Positions 38,210 to 49,900 of a stretch of 64,000 nucleotides of DNA are shown piece by piece. The notes under the pieces are model-generated. The model saw nothing but the letters and a program-made list of their open reading frames with translations, was not told where the DNA came from and ran no database searches. Where the stretch lies: NCBI GenBank assembly GCA_030141605.1, contig JAQGDQ010000018.1, positions 62,001 through 126,000 of the forward strand, read 5' to 3'. Source of the DNA: Tubiluchus corallicola (lineage: Eukaryota; Animalia; Priapulida). The position numbers and the translations under genes were made by a program. The number at the start of each line of letters is the position of its first letter. The stretch's first letter is position 1.

Positions 38210-39385
38210 AAAAACCTTTATAGTTAAAAAGAACACAACTTTGTTAAAACTTACTTTACAAATATAAAGTCATGCCAAACTTTTCGACAGACTACTGCTG
38301 TCATAATCAGCGGTAATTTTTACAAACATACAACCAGTTTATGTGGGCAGAGCCTAATATGCATTAATTGAGCAGTTAATGGAAGCCAAATAAGTAATGA
38401 ATAAGCAGATCAGTAAAGAAATTCATACAGTAACTAATGCACTAATGATGTATAAATTTACAAAAGACAAATAAGTAATGATTAAGCAGACCTGAAGAAA
38501 AGAAACTGATACAGTAAAAATAGCAAAATGTTTGAAAATAAAGTTAAAGGAATTGAACTGCTTTGTACATTAAGAGAGGGCATATTAGGGTACATAGTAA
38601 AATTTCTTTTATTAATGAGTCCTAGTTATTTGTAGCTCTGGTCACAATGCTGAAATCATTTTTGTGGCCACAGGCACAAATATGGTCATTAATGCTGGAC
38701 CGAGGAGAATTTTTTTGCCAGTTCTAGACAAAATACCCAAATGTTCACAAATTCTTACTTGTGCCTGGATTGTGTTAAAATCTGGCAATAATTTAGGCTC
38801 TTTCTTCCCATTTAAAGACAAAATACACACATTCTTATAGTCTGATACTGTTTATAGATTTCAGTGCAGCAGCTGCAATTCTGCTTACCATGGCAAAACA
38901 TCCAGACACTTTAATGTAAGAATTTGTGAACGTTTGAGTTTTCATCTAGAACTGGCGAAAAATTAAAAAATTCTCAATCCAGCATTAATGACCGTATTTG
39001 TACCTTTAGCCACAAAACTGATTTTAATAATTTCAGCATTGTGACAAGAGCTACAAATAACTGGGATTTATTAATAAAAAAAGTTTATCTACGTACCCTA
39101 ATTAAGCCTTCTCTTAATGTACAAAGCACCACAATTCCTTTAATTTTATTTTCAGACACTTAGCTATTTGTTACTATATTGATTTCTTTACTGGTCTGCT
39201 TATTCATTACCTATTTGGCTTCTTTTAACTATTTAATTAGTGCATAATAGGCTGTGCCTATATAAACTGGTTGTACATTTGTAAAATTTGGTGACAGCAG
39301 TAATCTGTCTAAACATTTGGCATGAGTTTAACTTTGTAAAGTAAAAGTTTAATAAAGTTGTGTTGTTTGTAACTATAAATGTTTC
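38210..39385. mobile_element. Penelope-like element remnant: GIY-YIG endonuclease 3' end with an inverted pLTR
   Basis: Plus 38790-39150 translates to LGSFFPFKDKI...VYRFQCSSCNSAYHGKTSRHFNVRICE...FSIV...DLLIK...KPSLN...PLILF. Arms 38210-38770 and 38900-39385 are reverse complements. Confidence 0.85.
38272..38316 (-). ncRNA. Eroded minimal type I hammerhead ribozyme motif
   Basis: TTACCG CTGATTA T GACAG cagtagt CTGTC GAAA AGTT TGGCA. Stem II is intact but the core has G8 to U. The partner copy at 39292-39322 lacks the CUGA box. Confidence 0.55.
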
Positions 39386-40850
39386 TCTTGGTTTTCTTAA
39401 GGAGAAAAGTTATGTTAGCGAGAAAATAATGTTGGCATGCACTGAAATACTGGCCCAGTATAATAATGTAACTTGAATGAGATGCAACCTTAACTTATTA
39501 AGTGACGAATGAGTTTTCCTCAATTAAGATCAATTAATTGCATTACTAATATCAGTTCGAGCTGCCATATTACTCACTATGGCTTGTTTGTTGAACTAAT
39601 ATAAGAAAATTGTGAATTTTTTAAAATATAACTATGAGTAGAACCTGAGTAATTGCTACATAAAATGTGTACGTGTTTCATGTTTCGCTGATAGAATTTT
39701 TTGTATAGAACACATGTACAGTTCTGTTTTGGTGTGCCTGTTTGGTAAATTCCCATACTGGAGTAATTAGCTTCATCAGCTAGTTAGATCTTGAACTTCG
39801 TTTGTTTCTTTGTGATTGTGTGACTTCTTGTTCTATAAAGAACGCTTTTTGAGATACTATTAAACTTCTAATATGGTACTGATACAGTCCATTACATATG
39901 TCAAACATGTAGGATATTTCAGGTTTTGAAGATTAAATGTCATTGTCAAAACTGACTAGATTTCTCAGTACTTGACGATAGCTCTCTTGAAATTTCTCCA
40001 AATGCTGGATTCTAGAGTGCTGAATTAGAAAAAATGGTGAATTGTGCAAGTAACTTCATAAAATATAACTGCATGTGTATCACTTTCATGTTGTACCAGA
40101 CTATTAACAAGACTATTAATTGTTTATTTTTATTACTGCCATGTGGAAGCCATATGACTGCCAATTTGTTTTACTTCCTATTCATTTGTAAACAATGTAC
40201 AAACGTGTAAAAGATGTCAATTTTGAGAGTTTCAAGATGTTCATAAAACTTGACATAAATTTGCTATACAAACTGTTACTAAAGAGTAAGAAATGGTCAA
40301 GTGTTAAGGCGTGTATTGATTTTTTTACTTTGCACATAATATTTACAAAGCAGGATGACTGGCCACAAGCCGCAGACAGATTTGTGCTACCTCTCTAAGC
40401 AAAAAGCTATTTTGCTGGCTTCCAGCTTATTATGTCTTTGGGTTGTATACAATGTTTGTTTGTGTATTTTATATCAAGTGTCAGTTTTAAAGATGTATTC
40501 CCGCAGTTAACCTAACTAAACTGGTGTTATCCTGATGGAGCTTCATTGAGCCTTGTAAAGTAGCTGCTGTGTGTGTGGTGTTCATGGTCAAATGTGATTT
40601 CTTATTGTTTCCTTAAAATAGTATTGTGGAAAGGCATCGTTTTTACTCCATCCTGTTGTTGATAGATCATTAGATAGAACATTTAACTTTGTCCAGCTGT
40701 TTTGGTTTAAAATGATCTTTTGTGGTTTAGTTTTTTGTTTCCAGTTATGTGCAATAACTAATAAACACACATATATATTCGTCTACTTTAGGCCTGTATG
40801 TATGGAATGATGGGGAAAACACCTATAATGTGTTACTTGGAAATAATGCG

Positions 40851-40974
40851 ATGAATTTTCATTTACTGGAACAAATCTTAAAAGAATATGGTTCATGCAT
40901 TGAGTACTATATTGTTTGCTGTTTCTTTGTTATTACTGTAGTTATTTTACTGTGTCTGCAAAAGAAAAAACAAG
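40851..40974 (+). CDS. First coding exon encoding a predicted signal-anchor TM helix
   Basis: MNFHLLEQILKEYGSCIEYYIVCCFFVITVVILLCLQKKKQ, with a strong donor AAG|GTAAGC; phase 1 matches the next exon. Confidence 0.65.
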
Positions 40975-43900
40975 GTAAGCATTAAAAAAATTGTCAAGTT
41001 TTTTTTTTATTTGCCCATATTAAGTAGTTTTATCTTCCAAAAGTCTCCAAAAATATATAAATTAGCTTTATATATATATATATATATATAAGTGTTTTCT
41101 AAGTCAATGTTGATTTGAAATTTTTAGCCAAAAATTGTTGATGCATGCATATACACCACAGTTAAAACTCGCTTTTGATACTACAGTACATTTTGAATTA
41201 TCAACAGATGAATGTATGATTAATTATAATTAATATATAGTTGTTATGCATGTTTTTCTATTATTTTCTCAGGCCTAAAAACAAGGAAGTTGAAAGGATG
41301 CAGTGAAGAAGGAATACCAACGTAAGGACCTTTATTTTATGTGAGTGGGGATGAGTGTGTTCTTTCAATGCCAATATTCGTCACCAAATGATTTGTGACA
41401 ACCTGAATTCAGTGCTCTTTCTGGACATTTTTGTTCCCCATACTAATTTTGGTTGTATAATTCATAAAGGGAGGATGTATTAACACCCGACTATGACTAA
41501 GGCACCTTGGCCAGTTCAGTAACTCATCTTAGTTTGATAGTGAACCTAGTCTTCAATCTTCCCACAAGCATCAACTCATTAAATAGACTCGAAAACGACA
41601 ACAATATATTGGCAAAACAGACTTCCTTATATAGTTAATTCTTGGGTAATTAAAATTTGATGAGTACTTTGCATTGAATGCAATGAATGCTAATTGCATA
41701 TTTTTTGTTTTAGTTGGATTAAACCAAAGGTTTTTTATCACCTGAAAGAACAGAAGATACTACTTGGTCATTGCGTAGCACTGGAATGTTCTGTAACTGG
41801 TATTCCGGTGCCCAGAGTGTCATGGTATCATGATGGTGAACCAGTTTTAGATGACACCACAATTAGGTTAGGCAGGTGTAGTGACACTGCTTTTGTTAGT
41901 TTTCACTTTGATTAAATCATAATTTGTGTGTAATCACATGTCTTGCAAATTGTGACAATTTCTGCAAATTTAAGTATAAAAATACTGTAAGAAGCTGTTT
42001 TGATTTCATATCTAGTTTGTAAGGACATTGTATTATACTCTTCTGCAGGTTTTTCTCCAGAACTCTTTTGTGTAGAACTCTCAGCATTGTGTTTTTTCAC
42101 TGTATTGGTATAATCTTGGTCGATACTTCTGTCTGTTGCTTCAGCTTACTTATTGGTTGCTTTGTTTTCTTTTTTCTTTCACAACATCTTGCCATAAGCA
42201 ACACAATGCCTGTTTGAAATGATTCTTACTTGACAGCTTTTCTTAATTTTTGATTTAAGTTTTTTAAAAAGTGGTGTTTGTTCAGGGTGTCTGCAGAAGA
42301 AATTATTTGTTAATGTCCTTACTGGAAGTTATCCCTACTGTCCATACATAAGCAATAAGAACTCAAATGAGCATATGGGTTTTTTGGCAGTTACTATGGG
42401 GAAATCAACTACCAGAACAATGGGGAAATCAAAGTGCAACAATGACAAGTTTTTTCCTAAATTTCCAGCAGCTAAATTTTAATATTAATGTTTTTGTTTT
42501 TTTTAATTTGTAATGTTAATGAAGAATTACTGTTTCACTTATTAGTTCATTAGTTTTTGACCAGTGTTACCACATTTCTTGTCTGTTGAGATCATTTGTA
42601 TATGCTGGCATGTGTTACAAGTACTATCTAGTGAGTATTTTTTCCCAGTTTTCCATTGCTCCATCTAGGATGCGTAGAAAGTCGTGGTACAATATTTTTA
42701 CTAATTCTGTTTTATGAGCACATTCTTTTTTGTGAAGGATTAGTGAGCAACCTTCAGGAGAATATCAACTTTTCATACCAAACGTCACTTTTGCATGTGC
42801 TGGACACTGGACTTGTAAAGCTGAGAACATTTTAGGATCTGATTTGGACAGAACCACTCTATTTGTAACAGGTAGAACTTGCTCATTTTTGTTTTTTAAA
42901 CATTTTCTCGTACATTACTTCTATAGCTAGGTATATGATTTGTCTAATTTGATATGAGCAACAGGGTTCTAATATGGGTGAGCATCGAACGGTTCGAGTT
43001 CGAACATTGAAATTCGATTTAAACGAATTTTTTTAGTTCGAATTCGGTTTGAACCTAAAATTATAGATTCAAATAATTCATCATTTCAACCACATACGCT
43101 CTTTATCATTAACATGTTTGAACCAACATGCAATTAACACAATTTAGCTGCAGATTCTGTGCAAACTAATAGTGGTTTTACTGCAGAACGAAATCAAGTA
43201 TTATGCATAATCGTTGTAAGACCACTAATGGTTTGAAAATTTGTTCAAAAATCTTTCAAACTCAGTTTGGATTTGAAATACCGAAATTCGGTTCGATTTG
43301 AACTTGAAAGTCACAAATTCGATTCAATTTAAATTTGGTTTCTAGTAGAGAATGCTCACCTCTAATTTCTAAACGAGATCATTTAGGCTACACAGTTAAT
43401 TCTTGTTTCACTTTTTGTAGTCCTACAAACTCCCCAACATTCAATGTATGGGCTGTTTTTTTGTGTTTAACATTTTCCTGACTTGTTAAAATATTTAATG
43501 TTGATTGTAAAATATTATTGAATTCCTAAACTATAAACCATGATTGGGTGTTTTCTCCAGAAATAGTTTACTTGCACAAACGTATTTTAAAGTTCATGTA
43601 AATGCAGTGCATTTAAAGAAAAACGGAAGATTTTTCATATTCTACCCAATTTTGAAGATCAGTAAGTAGTATACATTTTAACGCCTATAAGATTAACAGT
43701 GAGCGAGTTTAACTAGTGTGCACTCACAACTGAACATAATTTTCAACAGCCAAATATGTTTGCAAAAGCGAGCATTGACTTACAGTGCTATGTACAAGAT
43801 TCAATATGATGTACAATCACATGACAAATTTTAAGCTTAAAATTCACATTTCAAGTTCTCTTGTGCTCACACATGAGCTCTCGAACGTGTGCAGTACGTC

Positions 43901-46900
43901 TCACCTGAACACCTTTGAAGTGAGAGGTACAGCAACTGTTTTTTTTTGTGCAGTGCATTTCTGACATAAAGCGCTAGTGCCTTTTGAAATAGCAAATGTA
44001 AATATGCATGTAATGGCAAAGAACTAGCCACGTGAACATGAACGTAGTAATAATTCTTTCACGTAAGTTATTCTTGAAACAACAGTGTTTTCACTTTAAA
44101 TATTTTGTAGGGTAGATTGTTTTGTGCTATAGTTTGAAACTGAGTCCTGTTTTTTGTTTTAAACATGTTTTACAATGCAGATACTTTCCAAAATTTTACA
44201 AGTAATTTTAACCAAACTAAATGGTTTGACAAAAATGTATTTTCAAGGCCCGATTTCGCGAAACCGTGAAATGCAATAAGACTAGGTGTCAAATTTCGAG
44301 TTACACAATACACCTATTTCTTTTAAGCAAGAAAATCTTAAATTTGAACTTCAAGGATGTGGTTTTCTTGTATTTGCAATTCCAGTTCTTATTACAAAAT
44401 TGCTCACAAAGTTCTAACTTACAAAGTCATTCACTTTAACATTTACTTTTCAAATATTCAATTATAGTGGTGTAGTGTGTATTTCTTACATAAGAATTTC
44501 TTTGAACAGATGTGGAAACTTTATAATTTTAATTTGTTTTAGAAGCAGATTTCCATCTGCCAGATATGGAGATTGAGGAACAATTTGAAAAGAAGGAAAA
44601 GGTTGAAAAAACGTTTTCTAGTTACATTCGACAAAGAAAAACATCGAAACATAAAGGTACGTTTCTATGTGATCGTCATTACTTGTTTGCAATGTTTTGA
44701 AAAATTGAAGGTAAGTGACTTGATGTAAGAATGGCAGAGAAAGGGACAATGGATTATAATTAAGTGGTCTGTTTTTCTTGTCTTATTTTAATACGTGTAA
44801 TAATTGTATGGTAACATACTTGCTTTTATCTGGTAAAATTTTCTTAAAACTCACGTGTACAATTTTAATAATAGCTTGTGATAAATGATTTTCCAGTTAA
44901 ACTTAAAATTGCTTTTCGAGTATAGCTATTTATAGAGTTCTGTGATCATTTCCAAGTAAAATAGTCACGTTTGTTTATGGTGATGTCATCTTTGTTTGCT
45001 GCTTGTGTGCTACACAGTATTTAACAGTGATGCAAATTTAAACTCCATGGGGGAAACATTAGCTGTCTAAGTGAAATTATAGTGCACGGTTTAGACTGAA
45101 AAGGCCTGCAGTGTTATTAAAAAACATGATTGCTATTGTAACTACAAGCATATTTTTAAGGCATATTCTGATGTGCTAGAAAGTTGTGAATCTGTTCTCA
45201 TTTGACTTAGATTAAGACAAATAAGTGAGATATAAGCCACTGAAAAGTATTTTGCTTATTGGTGCAATTTTGTTTTCATATACATTTGTAGGCACTTTTT
45301 TTACTTTTGCTGCGTGTATTTTACATTCATGTGTTAATAAAGATATTGTTATACATGTACTTGCTAGTTTGAAGAGTGCTGTCTATGCTTGCTTGAATAG
45401 TTTGAACATATGATTAACACATGTTTGCTTGTTTGTTCGTATGTTTACTAATTTCTTTATTTATTCTCATTAGTACTGCGCCTTACTGGAAAAAAGTTAT
45501 TGTTATAACTGTTGATGTCACAACAGTGGCTGTACATCCTGTACTCTAGTTTAGTTTTCCATGTATGTAAGTTTTTTTCCCAAAATTGAAGCTGGACTAA
45601 ACCGTGATAGAGCTGTTTTTAAAAAAAGAACCTGACCCTTCTTGGAGCCCACTTTTTTCCTTTTTCCTTGCAAGACCCTTACCATGTCATTTTTTGTACA
45701 TGGCATTTTGTAAAATTTGAAAAAATGGGTGGGTTCAGGCCATTCTTTTATTTTGTTCTGTCCGTTACAAGCTCAACCTATGACGTGTTTCCATTTTCTC
45801 AGACTGAGACATGTAGTGAAAAAAGTCCATTTTTGACGATTTTTCAACCTCATCTCATTGCACAATACACTCGAAAATAAGCCATCAAACAGACATTAAA
45901 TTGAGATGGGGACCTATAATGGTAAAGATGCTGGTGCTTGACATTTCACAGCCAAGCATCTGAATAGCACAGTCATATAACAACTGATTTAATATATATA
46001 TATATATATATATATGTTAGATGTGCTTTCAAACCAAAAAAATCATTCTTGTGTTTTATGGAAAAAATAAAGTAAAAGCCTATGCGCCGTATGTGTAGTC
46101 TAGAAATAGTATTAATCTACCAAGCTTTTCCTTAAAATCGAAGGTGTTACCACAGCAGGTTTTATATATGACGGTTTTCCTAACATAGAACCTTGTTAAG
46201 TTAAAAGTTGTTTGTCAGCTGTAAAGGCTAAAATACCATCACAGACAGGAATGAGCTTCTGCAGCTAACCTAAGTCTGAGATGTTTACAAAACAAATAGC
46301 GGAAGAATCAAACGTACTTACAACTTCAGAAGCAATAAATGTTGTGATGCTGGTGTGACTACTTCAGAAATTTTAACGCACTTCTGATACTAGCACGCTA
46401 CTTTTGAAGTCTGTCACAATGTATGCTTTGTACAGTACACCTTTTGCTCGACGCCACGAAACGACTTCGTTGATTTAACACTAAATACGCATATACTTGA
46501 TGCATAATGACTGGCTTTATTTATTCATTCTTTCACTCATTTGATTTTTATTCATTTCACTTAAAGATTTCAAGTGCACATTCTGAATATGATTTATTCT
46601 TTCACTAACTTTCCAGATACAGTAATTTAAAGTAATGAGCCTTTATTAGTATAACTTAAATTTGGCACTGTACCGAAAGCTTGTCGTAACAACGTGTTGT
46701 GTCACCTATTGGGCATAGAATAAATTATGGCTGTACGTTCATTCGGTAAGGCGACCTGTTCATAGTTTGTTCATCTATGTGGATCTATTGAAGTAGGAGC
46801 AATTTGACATTAGGAGTAATTTTTATTTAAGCGGTTAGTTAGAAATTAATAAATTAGTTATAGTAACTCGAAATATAAACGCTATTAGAAGGACAGACGT

Positions 46901-49900
46901 GTTATGATAATTACAGAAGTGTCTGTAATCTTACATAACGTGCCGTGCCATAACTGTTTAATTCTAATTAATGACTGGCTTTCATTTCTCCCTCTGTTGT
47001 TTCTGTTCAGTCGATAACCTTTAATTGGGCATATCGTCCTCCATGGTTATGATTAATCTTTGCCGCAAGATAAACCACTCTGTTTGACACACGGAATTGT
47101 TGTGGGTGTTTGGTTTAGCAAAAACAGTTGTACACAAGTGAGTTTTTGCTGCTAGAGTTGCTATTATTAGGATCACACACGCTGAACGCCGGGCTCTCAG
47201 TGTTTGCGTAATGTGCCGGGCGGGATAAGCACAGGTTTGTTACTTCTGTGATAGTTTGCTGCAGTCATTCTTGAATGTATGAAATTGAGCCGGCTATTCT
47301 TGCGTTTTTTATTACTTATGCTGCTTACGCTGCCTATTTGCTTTTAGGTAAGTGAATTTGTTGAATCTAGAGCGGTGTGGTTTACTATTGCTTGACTTGG
47401 AAACGAATGATTGTAAATTAGCAGTTCTTAGTACGTAATTGCTTTGCGTAATAGATAAGTTACGTCATAAACAGCTGATACACAAATACTTCTGTAACTG
47501 CGCTGCAAAGTATTAATTTCGATGTTTTCGTTGTTGGTTACTTGATTAGACGTAATCTTTGGTTAGTTTTCATTTTTATGTTAAATAGGAAGACTATATA
47601 TTTGTATTTGTAATAAAAGAAATTGTGGAAAAACGCAAAAATAAAAAAGTGAAGTTTGCTGTCGATAAAACTGACACGCCTTATATATCTTTCCTGCAAT
47701 TTCCTCTACGGTTTTTTATTTCTGGCATGGTATCAAACCATTTTGTTGCAGCAAAAATTTATTTGCAGAGGCGGCGTTGTCGCATTTTTCAGAATAGCAG
47801 TATTGAAAAATCCAATTCACTAATACAGTAGAGGAGAATGTCAGTGCGCTTTCTGAAAATAAGTACGTTTGGTCTAGATGGGTACAGTTAGTATATAAAG
47901 GCTTGTCGGTTTGGGACCGGGCTTTATTTTCACACATGTTATTTTTGCATTAGAATTTTAATTTGTCACAAGTTTTTTTGTATTTTAAAGAAAGAAAATA
48001 CATGAAATATCTACTTTATTTTTATTGTAAATATAGGTAATATTATGAGTTTGGTCAGTTGGCAAAATAAATTATGCAACAATATGTAAGTAATTTAAAA
48101 ATATTGTATAGTGTATCATACGCTACGTAAACCGGACATTATGGTAGCGTTGTGTGTGCAATTTAGCATTTGACCTTCGCTCTTTGTGAAATGCTTTGCT
48201 AAGATGAGAGGAAGATTTGCTTGCTTATGACTTTGAAATTCATTTCAAGAACACGGATTCTTGTGCAAAGTTGCAACACTTAATTTTGAAATATTAGATG
48301 CATCTGTTGAGTTGACTTCTGTGTAATAAAATTGAGATTTGTTATGATTTATTAGCTACTTCAACTCACTGCGCTTTACCAATCTTTCAATAGTTCTTTT
48401 TAGCGCAAACCAGCGGAATGAGGATAATTCTAAGAGCTTGCAATTTGCTGGCTTTGCTCTCTGGGCTGTTTCTTTTTACTCATTAATTGTTCGCTGAAAT
48501 AATTAAGAAGTCCGAGTTTAAGATTTATACTTCTCCCTTGACCACAAGCTTAGCTTTAGAAAATAAAAGTTGAAATTTGTTACAGTGGGTCGCCGACTGC
48601 CCTAGATCTCCGGGAAATTGTATCACATGAGTTAGCGGTAAATGTTGTGGTTTAAATCACTTTTCTTAGAGATTTGTCGCTAATTGTCACTTCGGCATTA
48701 GCCCTGATTTTTGGCTGCGTTAGAAAACAGGCTGTGAGCTACGAAAAGTCGGTGGTTACTGTGTGATTCGGGTCATTATCATGTCATTGTAATGTCTAAA
48801 GATGCTTCACTTCGTAAAATAGTTATCTTTTAGTTTTGCAGGGCGTGTAGGAATTTTGTAAAGGATTTCCTTGCCCGTTGGTTTCCAGAATTCCGACGTT
48901 GCTGAATTTTCGCAACTCAGAAGTCCGTTGATAATTATCTCAACAATCAAGTAACAAAAGCGCAGAACGAGGTCAAACCATTATATTGAGTACCGTTTTC
49001 AAGTTCTCGAAGGTTATTTGAAACCCTATCCGTCTTTTAATCCCATTAATATAACAAAACAATCGCTTGGAATATGTATATATAAGCCGGTTCCCAAAAC
49101 CGTCTGTCACACAGTAAGACTATAGCAACAAGCCATCGTGCCACGATTAGTGAGCTAAGCCGCTGCATCGTTTTAACGGCAAAATAAAATTTAATGAAAG
49201 CCCACGGAGAGACAAAATCCTAAGGTCAAAGGTCGCCAGTCACTAGTAGTGGAATTAGTTTCTTACTGACGGCAGTTGTTAATATTGAAAGCTTTGCGAT
49301 TTCATTAAATACAGCTTCCAATATTAAGTGTTGCTTGTTTTTTTTGCCACTGCGTGTGAGCATCAGTGATCTAAATAGCACCTAGTAGTAGATTATATTG
49401 TAGTAGGAATTGCTCGCGTAGCTAGCATAGCTTGAGTTTGTTGCCGTTTCACGCTAATCTCTAGAAAATTGCTGATAAAATAAAATAAGTCTATAAAAGA
49501 AGAAGAGTAGATAAGTGTTGGCTGAACAGATTCTGTTAAAGTGAAAGCTGTTGTAGTATAATAGGCAAATCTATACGGAATACGTAAAAGTTGTCGGAGG
49601 TATTGACTTTAAGGCTAGCCTCCAATTTTTTTTGTAGTTTCCCAAGAAATGACTGCAAGAGTCGTAATTATTTTGTACCACAAAATCTCGTAATGACATT
49701 ATCTATGCATGTTTGGTTATTATATTTTGAAATAGTTTCTCTTCGTCTTTGTCCAATTTGCAGACGGTATTTAAATGAGATTTAACAAGACTATGGTAGA
49801 GAATTTTGGATAAGCTTCATCACCCAACGAAATTTACTGTTCATTTTACACAGATGGCGCTGCATGGTTAAGAAACTAGCTTGTGCGTAAGACGCTGTTT

